64,000 nucleotides of DNA from the human T2T-CHM13v2.0 reference genome, Homo sapiens. The notes under the pieces were generated by a model. The model was given only the letters and a program-made list of their open reading frames with translations. It was not told the origin of the DNA and did not search any database. Positions 51,300 to 64,000 of this stretch are shown one piece after another (positions within the stretch are counted from its first letter, which is position 1; each line of letters begins with the position of its first letter). Location of the stretch: the NCBI RefSeq assembly GCF_009914755.1, contig NC_060929.1. One strand, written 5' to 3'. A program made the position numbers and the translations under genes.

Positions 51300-53830
51300 T
51301 GTAAATGGAAAATTATGCAGACCAGAAAAGAATGTAAATATTGGAACTATCAGAAATAGAAAGTAAGTATGTTTAATATGTTAATAAAAAATAAAGACAG
51401 GCTATATGAAGAAGGAATATGATTCCTTCAAAACTCACTAGGGAACTTTGTATAAATTCTGAGTTGGGAAAGAAGGATGAAATTATATCCAGTTGGGGTT
51501 CCAGGAGAAGATAACATAAATAATGGGAGAAGTAAAATGTTTTATAAAATAATATATGAGATTTTCAATATATGAGAATAACATAATCCACAGGTTCCAG
51601 AAACCCAATTAATCCTAAGTATGATATAAAGTAACCTTACTAGCAAATCATAGTGAAATTACAGAATACCAAAGTGAAAAAATAAAATCTCAAGAGAAGC
51701 CAATGAAAACTGGTATATACAAAAGGATGAAAGGCAAATTGGCTGCTGATTTTCTACAGAAACAAGAGAAACCAGGAGCCAGAAAATTATGTCTCTATAT
51801 TTAAAATTAAAAAAACGAATATTTTAAATTGATAAATAAAAGTAGTATGTGTTTATGGTGTACACATGATGTTTGAAATATGTATAGATTGTAGAATGGC
51901 CAAATTGAGCTAATTAACATATGTATTACTTCACATACTCTTTTTTCTAATTAGAATATTTAGTCATCAAATTACAATATCTTTACCGAGATAAAATGAT
52001 CATCAACCTAGAATGTTATTCCAAGCTATCTTCTAAGAATGAAAGATAAATGAAGAGATTTAAAAAAAATACAACTGAGAGTGTTTACAACAAGCCTTTC
52101 CTAAAATAGCTTACAAAGGTTATACTTCAAGAAGAAGGAAATTGGACTCAGAAGGGGAAGTTCTAAGAAGCAAGAAGAAATGGTGGGTAAAATAGTGTTA
52201 AATATATTTAAAATAGTATGAAAAATTATATTTAAACTAACTGACTATGTAAAACAACTAAAATAATATTTAATATGTGAAGTTAAAAAATGATATAGAA
52301 CTAAAGTCTTGAAGTCAATAATCCAGGATGAAATTATTGTACTTTGATAATTCTGGGCTCCTGAAATTACTAAAACATTGTTAAATATGAGTGTTAGGGC
52401 TTCTCTGATAAATAATAAAATAATATAAATAAAATTTATAAGTGATAAACTAGTGGAAAGAACCACTAATAGAGGTGGCCATTTTTCCAAAATTAAACAA
52501 GAAATAAGAGAAATTAAGAAGCACATAAAGAGTAGAAGTTATAAACAAAACAACAAGAAAAATTAAGTAAAATGCATCACTAGTTATAGCAATTTAATGG
52601 AATAAATTCTGGCTCTTTTATACTAATGAGGAGAACAGCCTATTATATGTGATTACAAGCGATACAATATGCAGAACAGTTGAAAACTTAATAAAAAAAA
52701 TTAAAAGCAATGCTAATGAAAACAGGTTTATATGCTGTATAAATAGCAGTCAAAGTTATCTTTAAGGCATAAAACAGAGAATAGTATTACTAACAAAGAT
52801 AAATAGTTATTTTTGGAGATACAAATGGTCACTAGAAGAGGGACCAACTCACCAGGAAGTTATAAAAGCCCTAAAATTCTATATACAAGTTCTATTCTAT
52901 ATAAAATAAATATTAGTAGCACTTAAAAATAATATCAAATCTCTATCAGTGTGTAAGGTTTTTAACACAACTAACTCACTAACTTATAGATCAAGTAGAT
53001 AGTAAATCAGTAAGAATATGGGAGATTTGAGCAACAAAATATGGAGTTTGATTACACTCAGCAATAAGAGTATATGGATTTTTTCGACATTTAGAACATT
53101 TACAATGACCACATACAAAATAATAAAGCAGCTCAATAAATTTCGTAACCACTGTTGAACATACCACGTTCTAACCCATAAGAAAAGATAACTTAAAAAT
53201 CCCCAAAAACCCTATTATTGAGAAATGTGAAAGCACAATCTAAATTATCCATATGTTAGCGAAAAAAAAGTCCTATCAGAAATTAGAAACTACTTAGAAC
53301 TGAATGATAATGAAATTATATCCTGTAAAACATGTGCAATTCAGGTAATAAAATATTAAGAAAATATACAGACCGAGAAAAGAAGCCTTGAAATTTTACA
53401 AGTTAAGCATCAACAATATTAAGTGAGGGAAAAAACAGAACAAATTTATGAAGAGAAGGAAATATGTAGTAGCAATCAGAGTAGAAACTAATAAAACATA
53501 AAACAAACCTAGCACAGAATATCTTAACAAATCATAAAGTTAGTTCTTTAATAAAACTGGAAAAAAATATACAAATCTCTGGTAAAAATTGAGTCAGCAG
53601 AAAAGAGAAAATGAACAAATAATATTAAAAATGGTAAAGAAGACAGATTTTCTGCAGCAATATTAAAACATGGTAAAATAATGTTTAAACATTTTCATAT
53701 TGATGAACACAAAAAAGGTGAAATGGACAATTCTTAGAGATATGTAAAGTACTAAACCAGTAACTCAAAAAGAAGTATAAATTTGCAATTGCCCTATAAT
53801 GATAAATAATTAAAATAATTGAATAAAAAG
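51300..53830 (+). mobile_element. Very old L1ME-type relic (ORF1 into ORF2), with a short L1MA 3'-end piece on minus at about 51820-51947
   Basis: A-rich plus strand with 'tcaacctagaat' and 'gaaattagaaactacttagaactgaatgataatgaaa'. Confidence 0.65.
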
Positions 53831-54049
53831 TGTATTCAGTACCATATAAAAGGTCAGTCCAAGGTATGTCAGTATCTTAAAGGAGAATATGATCAACTCT
53901 TCTTGCCTGATAAGTAAGGCTAATTAGGGAACAAGTTTTCTTGAACTGATTCCCGAACCATAGGTAAGAATTCACTTGTGGATAGAAAATCACAGCTTGT
54001 GCAAAGGTTGAAGACATTTAATGATGTGGTAAATTCATATTAGTCATTC

Positions 54050-54480
54050 AGGAAAATAGAGAGAGGTGGGGAAAACAATAAAATGAGGCAGGAGGTGAGA
54101 AAGTTGAAATAGGTAGGGCCGTATGTGTCATGTCAAATCAAAAGCTAAATATTTAATAATAGTAAATACTTATATTTTCTGTATTTATGTTAAGAAGAAT
54201 ATAAAATTTCTTATTTTTTTGCAACCTTAGTGGGTACTTACTCCCTGAATTTCAATCACAACACTTTGGAGACAACTATGGTAGATACAGGGGTCAGTCG
54301 AAGGATTTTCATGAGGAGCAACATGTTTAGGTTTGTGTGTTAACATGATCCTGGTAACAACTTGGAAGAAACATTGGAAGGAAACAATGAAATGGTAGGA
54401 GGAGGAGCAGTTAGTTGGCTATTACAATAATTCAAACAAAAGGAAGTCAGGACATAAACTAAGGGAAGAGCAGTGTGAAT
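54050..54480 (-). mobile_element. L2 relic
   Basis: 'gaaggattttcatgaggagcaacatgtttaggtttgtgtgtt' and 'gttagttggctattacaataattcaa'. Confidence 0.5.
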
Positions 54481-57400
54481 GGATTTTACCACCCTAGCTC
54501 AAATAATATATCAGGATTCTGCACACATTGAGGATGTTTGTTAATACATGTGTCTGCACATTACTGCGCATTTCCCACAACCAAGCATCAACATTTAGGT
54601 GTCTGGGATAATCTACCAATTTGCATAATCCAGATGTAGACAATGTTATTCCCCAGAATTGCTCCACTGAGATTTCAGAGTGAAAAGCAGTTAGACTGTA
54701 GGAACTTCTCTTCAGTGTCTCTATGAGGAGAAATAGAAGATTGGTGGTCCTCTAGCCACCAATTTTTTGGTCTGAGGCAATTTGTGGGTGTCTTCAGAAA
54801 TTCCAATAAAATATAACAGGAAGGAGGCACTGGTAGCATGGGGTTGGAAAAGATAAGAGTGAAAAGCCCATGTAAATGGGCTATCTGGGAGCATTTCAGG
54901 GAAAAAGTTTAATAGAGTGTTAAAGGTGGACTCTGGAGCAATTACAAACTATGAGAGAATTGGAGATGAGAGACGAGGGGATTTTTATAACATATCATCA
55001 TAGTTGCTGATCTAGGTGTCTACCAACACCTCTAGACTGGTCCACATGAGCATCTGGCCTCTATTTGACTTACACAAAAAGTAGAGGGATCAAAAAGGTT
55101 TTGCTTGCATGTGGCATTGTAAAATAAACAAATGTAAAAATCTGTCTCATGAAATATAGTTTAAACCAGAAGCATATGGAGAAATATGCTTTAAAAACAC
55201 CTTGAGCTTTTTATCATGTTATTAGTATACCCACAGATTTTCATATCTTTTCAAATATTAAAAATGAATTGAGAAATATTTTAATAATATAATCGTCCTT
55301 AGAATATTCGTAATCAGATAATCAGCTGACGAAACATTGTGATTCATCTTTGCCATGGAAAATTATTTTAATTTGTATCATAACTGTGTTAAGTCAAACT
55401 CACTAATTTATAGGTGTGAAAACAAAAAAATAAGAAAACTATGTAAATACTAAGGTCCATTCCTTAAGACACAGATATTCAGAAAAACTTTAGATAACAA
55501 TTCATTATTCTATCTTGAACTATTTTTTAAAAATTGCAATCTAAAGAGCAAGACCAATGTTATAATAAGACCACATTGTCAATGGATGCTTGGGTGTGAA
55601 AACAAGAAGTGTTTAATATTTTATTTATTATAGACCTGAGCACTTGCTGTGTTGCAATATATTGCTAAAGCTAACTGGATCTTAATATTTTTGTGATATT
55701 TTTGAAAAACTTCAGCTTTCAAAGTTATAATCAAGTTTTACCTCTAGGGTAGATAATTAAGTTGTTAAATTCCTGTGGGGGCATATTCTTTCTTCCCTAG
55801 AAGGAGCCGGGGGGTTGTGGTGAAATTTTTAGCTTGGTAGATATCAATCATGTTTCTTCTCATTGAAATTAATGGGATAAGGGAGGGTGACAAAAGGGAA
55901 TTGTCACCAGGAATCACTTGGCCCAGAGGCATGGTGGCATTCCAAATGGTGAAAGTATTGGGGATGTGGATATTATACCCCTGATATTTGGCAGGTAGCT
56001 GAGAATTAAGTAAAAAACATTAATAATAAAATAAAAATCAGCCCTCTAGAGATTCCAAAGTTGATCTGAGGACTTAGACCTTTTGAATAGCTGCCTCTAA
56101 TAACATTTGGAGACGATATCCCAGAGAAAAGCCTTGTTCCCTCCTACAGATAAGAGAATTAGCATGAGCTGAATCGATCCACAAAGGACAGCTGTGTCCA
56201 GCAAAACAGAGGATAAGCAGTAGTTGAGCAAATGACCTAGTAGGAGATAACACCATACAACATGGTGCAAAGTTATGCCGGAAACTGATGCTTTTGCAAC
56301 ATTTTTATATGTCAGGCCATATATTGGGCATATAAAATACATTACTTCATTTAGTAAACCTCACACATTTTTAAAATAAACAGTTTTCCTTCCAGTTTGC
56401 AGACAAGAAAATTGAATATGAGATGTGAAATCACATGTCTTTGTCAAACAGCTAATAAATGGAGGAACCACAATTTAACTCAGGTCTAGGTAATTATTTA
56501 AATTGTGGTTCCTCCATTTAACTCCACAAACTATGCTTGTTATACTATTGTGTGTGGAATCGTAATACATCATTTTCTGGTTCTGTTTTTATAATTCTTC
56601 AAATGCCTAGATAGTATTTTCATATCCATGTTTTTAACTAACTTTTAAAACAGAGCAGCACAATGTTCTGCTTTCATTGCAAAATAGTTGTCATTGTTTG
56701 ATCAAGTATTTCTTGGGAATTTTTGAAATAGACTACTAGTTTGTCTATTCACTGAGCCAATATCATACTCTATTTTTCAGACTAGAAAACATGCAGAAGT
56801 AAAATCTTTACTAAGATAATGTTTCTGAATACTAAAATGGAAAACTTAGAAACATGAATTAATTTAAAGGGTAGGCTATCTGGGCTACAACTTCCAGGGA
56901 GATTTCTTTCATATTCATTAAGAAAATAGATCATTGAGATATGTCATATCCTAATAATGGTTTACTTTCACTGAAAACTTAAAATTGAAGTTTGAAAATC
57001 ACTCAAAGTAATGGTCTTTATATGGGAAGGAATCACAGAGTCCTAAATTTCATGTAGTCAACAATCTTTTGTATCCATAGTCATATATCCAATCTGTCTA
57101 GGTTGCCAAAGAGACAGTGCATAGAGTGGATGAGTCAGCAAGTGCGGCTGCTTCAGGACCACTTCAGTGACTGATCTAATTGCTGCCTGGGTTATCATAA
57201 TGCCACCGTGCAAACTAACAAGAATAATTCAAACAGAAGTTGTATGTTTTAACCTACTTATCTGCAAAAAGCCCTTTATGACTGTATAAGTGGTAAATAT
57301 AGGCGATTTCTTATACCCTCATTATACTGACGTGATTAGAAATTACCTCCAATTTTTTTTGGACATAGCAATTAACATGAGTTGAAAGATGTAATAGATA

Positions 57401-60169
57401 TTTTTTTTTGGAGCCTAAGCTATGGAAAGATAAAGAGCACAGTAGGAACTACTTGTTACAATGTGGTACTTAAAAATACACATTTTAAAAAAGGAATACC
57501 TGGGGTAAATTTTTTTGTATATTTAGTTATTTGTTGGTAAATAATAACTTGTGTCTATCTTTTTAAATTTTGTTTCCATTTATTAAGATAACTTTATCAT
57601 AGCTGAGTATCAGAACCTTAATGATGATTCCTGTTTACAGATTATATTACTGTTATGTGATTAGTAGGATTATTTAAAAAGTAAAATCAATCTAACTCTA
57701 TCATTATTTCTGATACATCACCATGTCTAAATTGCATTAGCCTAAATAAGATTTATGATTTTTATAGAAACTATAAAAGTGAAGAAAATTATGATAAATA
57801 CCTTTGTTGCTTCCACTAATCAACATTTAAAATAGTTAACTATATATATATATTAAAATAGAGGATTAAGTGAAATTCTCTCACATCTGGAAGTTACATT
57901 GTTTTTGCATGTGAAAGCAAGACAAATTACCTTTCATCTTTAAATACTGTTGAATTTTTTTCTATGTTGGGCAAATTACTTTTGTGTGGAAAATTTCTTG
58001 CATAAGAGGTGGCCAATATTTTAGATTTGAATAATTCATCAGACTACATGCATCAATATAGATACTTGGAAGTGAAATGTTCAGGGCCAAGAATCTTATA
58101 TAACTAAAATAGATAATTTCCACTTCTGCACCAGAAGAGGAACAGAATATTGTTTAATAATTGAAGCATAATAATGGTGGTACATTAATAAAAGCATATT
58201 CATATAATTATTGTGTCAAAAAACATTTGAAACATAAAGGTATTGATGGAAATGACATACAGATAATTATTGAAAATTGCTTTAAAATTAACAGAGTACT
58301 TAAATGCAGTAATTTTAGAACAAGATGTTTTTAAAATTAAATTTCACACTATTTTTCTTATAATAAAGTATGATTATTGTAGGCAATATAGAAAAGTAGA
58401 AAGAAGAAAAATATAACCATAATATATACCATCAGACTTTCTAGTATCTTGCCATTCCATCCTTTCCACTGTCCTCATAACAAAGCCAACAATGGGCAGT
58501 CAATATGCCTAGACAAATTCTCCTTTCTAATCCCAATTCTTTATAGTCAACTGCCTGCTGAAAAGAACTACAGCATATGGTACTTTAACATAGCCCAAAG
58601 TTAGGCTGAACGTGTCAATAACAAGCCAAGAAAGTAAAAAGAGACTGAGAAAAAACTCAAACATGACTCCATCACTCTGGAATGTACTCTATAATATAAC
58701 ACAATGTAGGCCTATTCAGGTACCTAACAGACACAGACTAAGAAAGGTTATATAAAGTGTGCAAAATTTCTTCTGTTAGGTTTAGCCCTCTCTTTAATCT
58801 TGTCTAGGATTCAGAGATTTCCCATTTCTGAGTGAGCAACAAGATGGTGAAAATTAAGGTAGTAAATATATCCCAAGGATATACATTAATTTTTTTGTAA
58901 GGCAATAGCTTTAGGATGGTTCTCTTGGTGTTTCTATTTATCTAAGCCAGTAGGTAGACCTGAGGTTTTTCTTCAAGAAAATTATGTAGCTTATTTTATT
59001 TCTATCAAGGACATTTTTGCTTAATGAACTTCTTATCATGCATTTCTCAAGGCTTTCTATCAAGAATAGAAACTGTTTTTTCCCAATATTCAAGCAAGGT
59101 GGTCTCTAAGTGGGGTATGGGTACATATCAAGGCCCTGAAACACCAGGCTTTATTTTTTTATCATATCCCTTTTTAATATCTATTTTGGTTTATATGTTT
59201 TATAATGCACATCTTACAGAAAAAAACCAATACTAATTAGCACATAAGATGTATATACCTGTGGTAAATGAAATATATTTTAAATAGTGGAGAGAAACAT
59301 TATCAAGTATGTACCAAAATTGAATATGACAACAAATAAATCAAAATATACACTGTTGCATGTTGCTATCCCTGAATATGTGCAGTGCATTTTTTCTGCA
59401 CAGTGTATATTTTTAAAATTTGTTTTCTTTTCTTAGAATATATTGTTACAGAGTTAGAAAAGACCACATCCTTTCTTCACTTTTAGTGTTGAACTACTAT
59501 TAATGTAATGGCTGCTCAGTGACTCAGAGGAGGCACTGAATAGCTGTGCAAGTTAGGTTCTTAGTAAGAGAAATTACAAACCTCCAAATAACATCTCTGT
59601 TTTGAATGTGGTACCAATCTAGTAATGTATGTTTAAAGCTTTGCATGCTGGGCTTGATTATTCCATTTCAATAATGAATAAGAGTATTTAGATGATATCG
59701 TGTTCCATGACTGATCTACAGTTTTATTCAGGTGAAGACAGGGCATGACTCAGAGAAATATTAACATGCTCTTATGTACCCAATGTAAACTATTAAGTCA
59801 ATCCTCTTCATATGATTATAACAATCACCTCCCACCAGTATCAAAGTAAATTCTTTTAAGAATTAAACAAATGTAGGTTTAGATTAGCAATTGAATAGCT
59901 CCTTAGTCTCACATAAACATACATAAAACACAATTGGTGCTTATTTTTGCATTTGTTTAGTCACTTCAATAAGATTTCTCTTGAAGAGCTTCAATCATCA
60001 TCGGCTTTGCCTAGAATTCTGGGGTTTGTGGCTTTTCCATACTCAGTTAAGCTGCATACCACTTGTTTACAGGACAGACAGCTATAGCAGACTATCTCTA
60101 AATTCCCATAGCCAGAGCTATTAAGACAGTATGCCCTATCATTCTTCTTTTGTAGGCTCTATGTAACCT

Positions 60170-61900
60170 AACAGAAATGACCAATGATTTTATATTAATT
60201 GACCTGCTCAAGTTTTCAATTTCTGGGGATTTTTAATTTTGACAATTTAAATTTTTATAAGGAATTATTCATTTACTTAAAGTTTTTAAATGTATTGCTA
60301 TAGGGTTACAAATATTACTTTAATTTCACCTTTTCTGTGCCTACATTTCCTTTCTCTTAATTTTGTATCTCTCCCTCTCTTTTCTCTTGTTGGAATAATA
60401 CAACGTTTAGCTATTTTATTTGTCATTACAGAAAAACAGCTTTTCAATTATTTCTTTCTACTAATTTTGGCTATTTACTTTCTGCTTCATTAATTTCAGC
60501 TGTTACCTTAATCATTTTTATCAAAAGTATTTCAATTTTGTTAATTTTTTCTTATGTATAATTTTCTTCATTTTTAGTCTTTTTAGTAGTAAAAGAACTA
60601 AATACTACACAATTTTTAAGCAGTTTTTACTGTGTCTCATAAGTTGTCAGTTTGAAGTATTCTCTTTTCAATAACTGTAAGGTATTGTGCAATTTTCTAT
60701 TGATTTTCTTTTAGATCCATGGATTTTGTAGAGGCCTATTTCTTAATTTCTAATGAACTAAGAAGTTTGGTCACGTTTTGCTATTTATACTTGATTTTAT
60801 TGGATTTAGATCAGAGGACTTAGCATGTAATTTTCCACTTTCAAATTTGTGTAGTTTCTATGTGGCCAGGAAAATAAATATTTTTTGTAAGTGTTTCATA
60901 GACATAAGACAAAAATTATACTCCATTTGAGAGATCTAAGGTTTTATACCTGTGCACATGTGTGTGTCCAAAGTTGTTAATTTTTAAAAATTCAATTTTT
61001 ATATACTGTTACTGATTTTTGGCTACTAGATATGCCCAAGATAGGAAGAGAGATATTTTAGTCTCCTACTCTAATTCTAATCAATTTCTTCTTACATTTG
61101 TAATAGTTTTTGCATCACATATTTCATTTGATACACAGTTTTATGAGTGTTTTATCTTTTTTATAGATTGTGATTTTTATTATTATTCTTCAGTTTCACA
61201 TTCCTCTATTCTTTGAACCTTAAATTCCACCTTGTCTGATGCTACTTTATTTCTATTTGCATTTTCTCTCTATCCCTTTGTTTTAAGTATTTTTTTAAAC
61301 ATCAAATAACTGTGTGGATGGGTGGATGTGTCTGTGTGTGTGGTTAAATATAATCTAATTATGTTTCTATTTTAATTGAAGAATTCAGACCTTTCAAATT
61401 TAGGATAATGCCTAATATGACTTATTATATTTTTTATTCCTTACTTTGAGTTTAATATTTATTTTGAATTGTAGTTTTTCGTTCACTTTTATCATTTTAG
61501 ATTTGATTGATTGTTACATATTCAATTTTTTTCTCTTGTTGATTTTGAAGTTCTCCATAATTTTCCACACAATATTGATTCTCCTCCAGCTTCCACATCT
61601 GTTATTGTTTACAAGTTAGATCTCCTGGATTGATTCTTTCATCTGCTTATCTTTTCTCATTTTCTATATCTGAATAGTTTTCTCTTTGTTGTAAAATGAT
61701 ATTTTTTCATGTCATAGTCCAGATTGTCCTTCAAGTGATTATGCTGTTCTTTATTGAATTATTTGGGAACTCATGTTTTTATTTAAGATCCAGAAAGACT
61801 CCGTTTCCTGTGTGATAATGGTATACTTGATTTTGTTTAAATGCCTCTTCTCCCTTTTAAATTAAAAACATTGCCTGGATTGTCCAAAAGCTATATTTTA
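60170..61900 (-). mobile_element. Very old L1ME-type relic
   Basis: T-rich plus strand with 'ttgattttcttttagatccatggattttgtagag' and 'ccaccttgtctgat'. Confidence 0.55.
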
Positions 61901-64000
61901 TACCATATGTTTTCTGACTGATATTCCTCTATCAAGCTGCTCAGCACCCATAGATGTACTGCTATTTTTCTTTGTTGGTTCCCTGAGGCTCAGATTCAAT
62001 TGCTGGAATACTCTAAGAGGTAGCATCCTAACCAGCGACGGAAGATGAGTTTGGCATTGCAGACTGCAGTCATAGAAGCAGGCAGATTTCTAGACATTTG
62101 CTGAGGCACTTGGAAGCTTTCCTGCTATCTCGATTCATGTTCTTCCTGTACAGAGAGAAGTCAAGTCATTTTTTTCTTGGCATCTTGTGAACAATGGGAG
62201 ATCAGGAACACTGGAGAGAAAGAAGAGACAGTGTTGCCTTTCCTTAAAGGATAAAACAGATCTCTGAAGAACACTGCTTTCTACTTCTTTAAGGGCTCCT
62301 CCGAGTTGATCTGACACCCAACCACTGGAATCAAGAAATGCTGTTGGGCAGGACTTTCTAAAAACTGAACTTTAAACTTCCTCTTTTGAACCTTGAGCTA
62401 TGACGCAATGGGAGGAAGGTTATGTTCTCTTCCTTTCACCCCATGCAAAATTATCAGACCTACTGAATGAAATGAATTGTGCAATATTCCAAGGAAACAC
62501 ATTTCTGTTTCATTTTAGGCAGTATCTGTACTGTGAGCGATTTGATTTTTCCCATTGGCCTCGTGATTGCCCAGTTTTAAAGCAAGAATTCCTCCATGTT
62601 TAGCTTTATAAATAATGCTTGAATATTTCACAAGCCAATTTTAATTGTATCAGTCACTTTGGAGCAAAATCTCTACCAGTTATATCTTCATTAAATTTGA
62701 TCATTTAACTTTAAAGGGAAGGTAGAATAAATTTATCCTTATGAGTTGCAAAGACCATCTAAAGTTTAGATCTAATTAGCAAGCTGAAGTTATATTTCAT
62801 AGTGTTTTATAAAGAATTGAATTCCCTTATTAGCATTCATGATTTATAATAAATAAGAGTAGAGAAGTGACTGCATAAAAATTTAATCTCTATCAGCTGA
62901 ATGGTTGGACTTTTAATTATGAAGCTTTTTGCTTTATGTTGAAGAAAATGTCCTCTTTCACATTGCTAACTTGTTAATTATTACTATTAGATGCTCTTCA
63001 CTTATTTCTCTTTATTTTTCTTATCAAAATTTATTATGAGAATATTCTTTGGAATATTTATGGTAATAACATTAAAATATCATTCAATAAGTTCAGATCT
63101 TTTAATAACAAGAAAGGTTAGCCATACCATTGAGAAAAAAAGTTCACTGAGGAAAAATTCAAAAACATTAATAATTATTTTCAGTAGCATGACATATTTG
63201 TTTTCGACAGACAACTGAAAAAAATAAAATCCAATACACCAAAATCACAGAAGAAACTGCTCCTTTCATTCTTTTAAATCATTTTAAAAATCTGTTTCTT
63301 TAATAAAATGTAATTACTTTTACCCTCTCCTAGAAAATTCCTAGTTTCTCAGAAAGCGACCTCCTTTCTTCAAATCTTCATCTGATTTTTTGTGTGAGAT
63401 TTCTAAATTACCTTCCACATGAAAATGATACTTTCATCAACTTCTTTGTAAAACTTTTCTACCAACCTTCAACTCACAGTAATTTTTCAAAGTCATATAA
63501 AGATATAAAAGCATGCTTTAGGAGGATCTTAGAGTTTGTGGAAGGCCATGTCTGCATGTAGACCATGCTATATCATTCCTGAGATGTGTGCCATAATGGG
63601 AAGAGAAATGATTCCCACATTTATCTGTGTGGTATCAACTGAGGCTTTCCAACATGTCTGTAGGTAGAGTCTGTCTATGGTCAAGTTGTGAAGGAAGCAA
63701 AGTGCTTGTCCACTTGATCTTTAAGCCTATGTTTCTCTCCTTCTTCATCCATGTCTCAATGGCACCCAAAGCCTTCATGCTGTCACCTCTCTGCTTTAGG
63801 TCCTGTTGTACTGATTATGTTGTAGTGCTTCAATTCTTATAGCAGACTGCTAATCAATAACCAGCCTGTTCTCTCTAAATTTCATATCCCAGCCTCTCTT
63901 GAAGTTGGTATGAACAGGCTACTGAGTTCCAGGCAATGTAATGTGAGCAAAGTAAATTTCTTCACTTCCTGGGTGAGCTCTTACGAACCTCTCAAAGGTG

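Overview
AT-rich, repeat-dense primate (human-like) genomic DNA. I recognise no cellular protein-coding exon, RNA gene, CpG island or CRISPR array. The ORFs I could place derive from Alu, L1, ERV-L or MaLR sequence; the rest look like chance. The main feature is a near-complete but inactivated HERV-L provirus on the minus strand (13625-20683). It has MLT2A-type LTRs, a tRNA-Leu-type PBS and gag, pro-pol and dUTPase remnants, sits in an ancient L1M and carries two Alus. A nested L1 stack occupies about 27.7-41.3 kb. Solo LTRs (THE1, MST, MLT1, LTR16, LTR33), DNA-transposon MITEs, MIR/L2 relics and microsatellites fill much of the rest. I found no convincing undescribed biological system. The observations most worth checking are small: a 35-bp fold-back hairpin in an L1, several templated insertion/inversion scars, non-classical Alu and L1 insertions, and uneven retention of DUX4-type motifs among LTRs. 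Subfamily names come from my recollection of consensus sequences, and boundaries of old elements are approximate; confirm both with RepeatMasker/Dfam.
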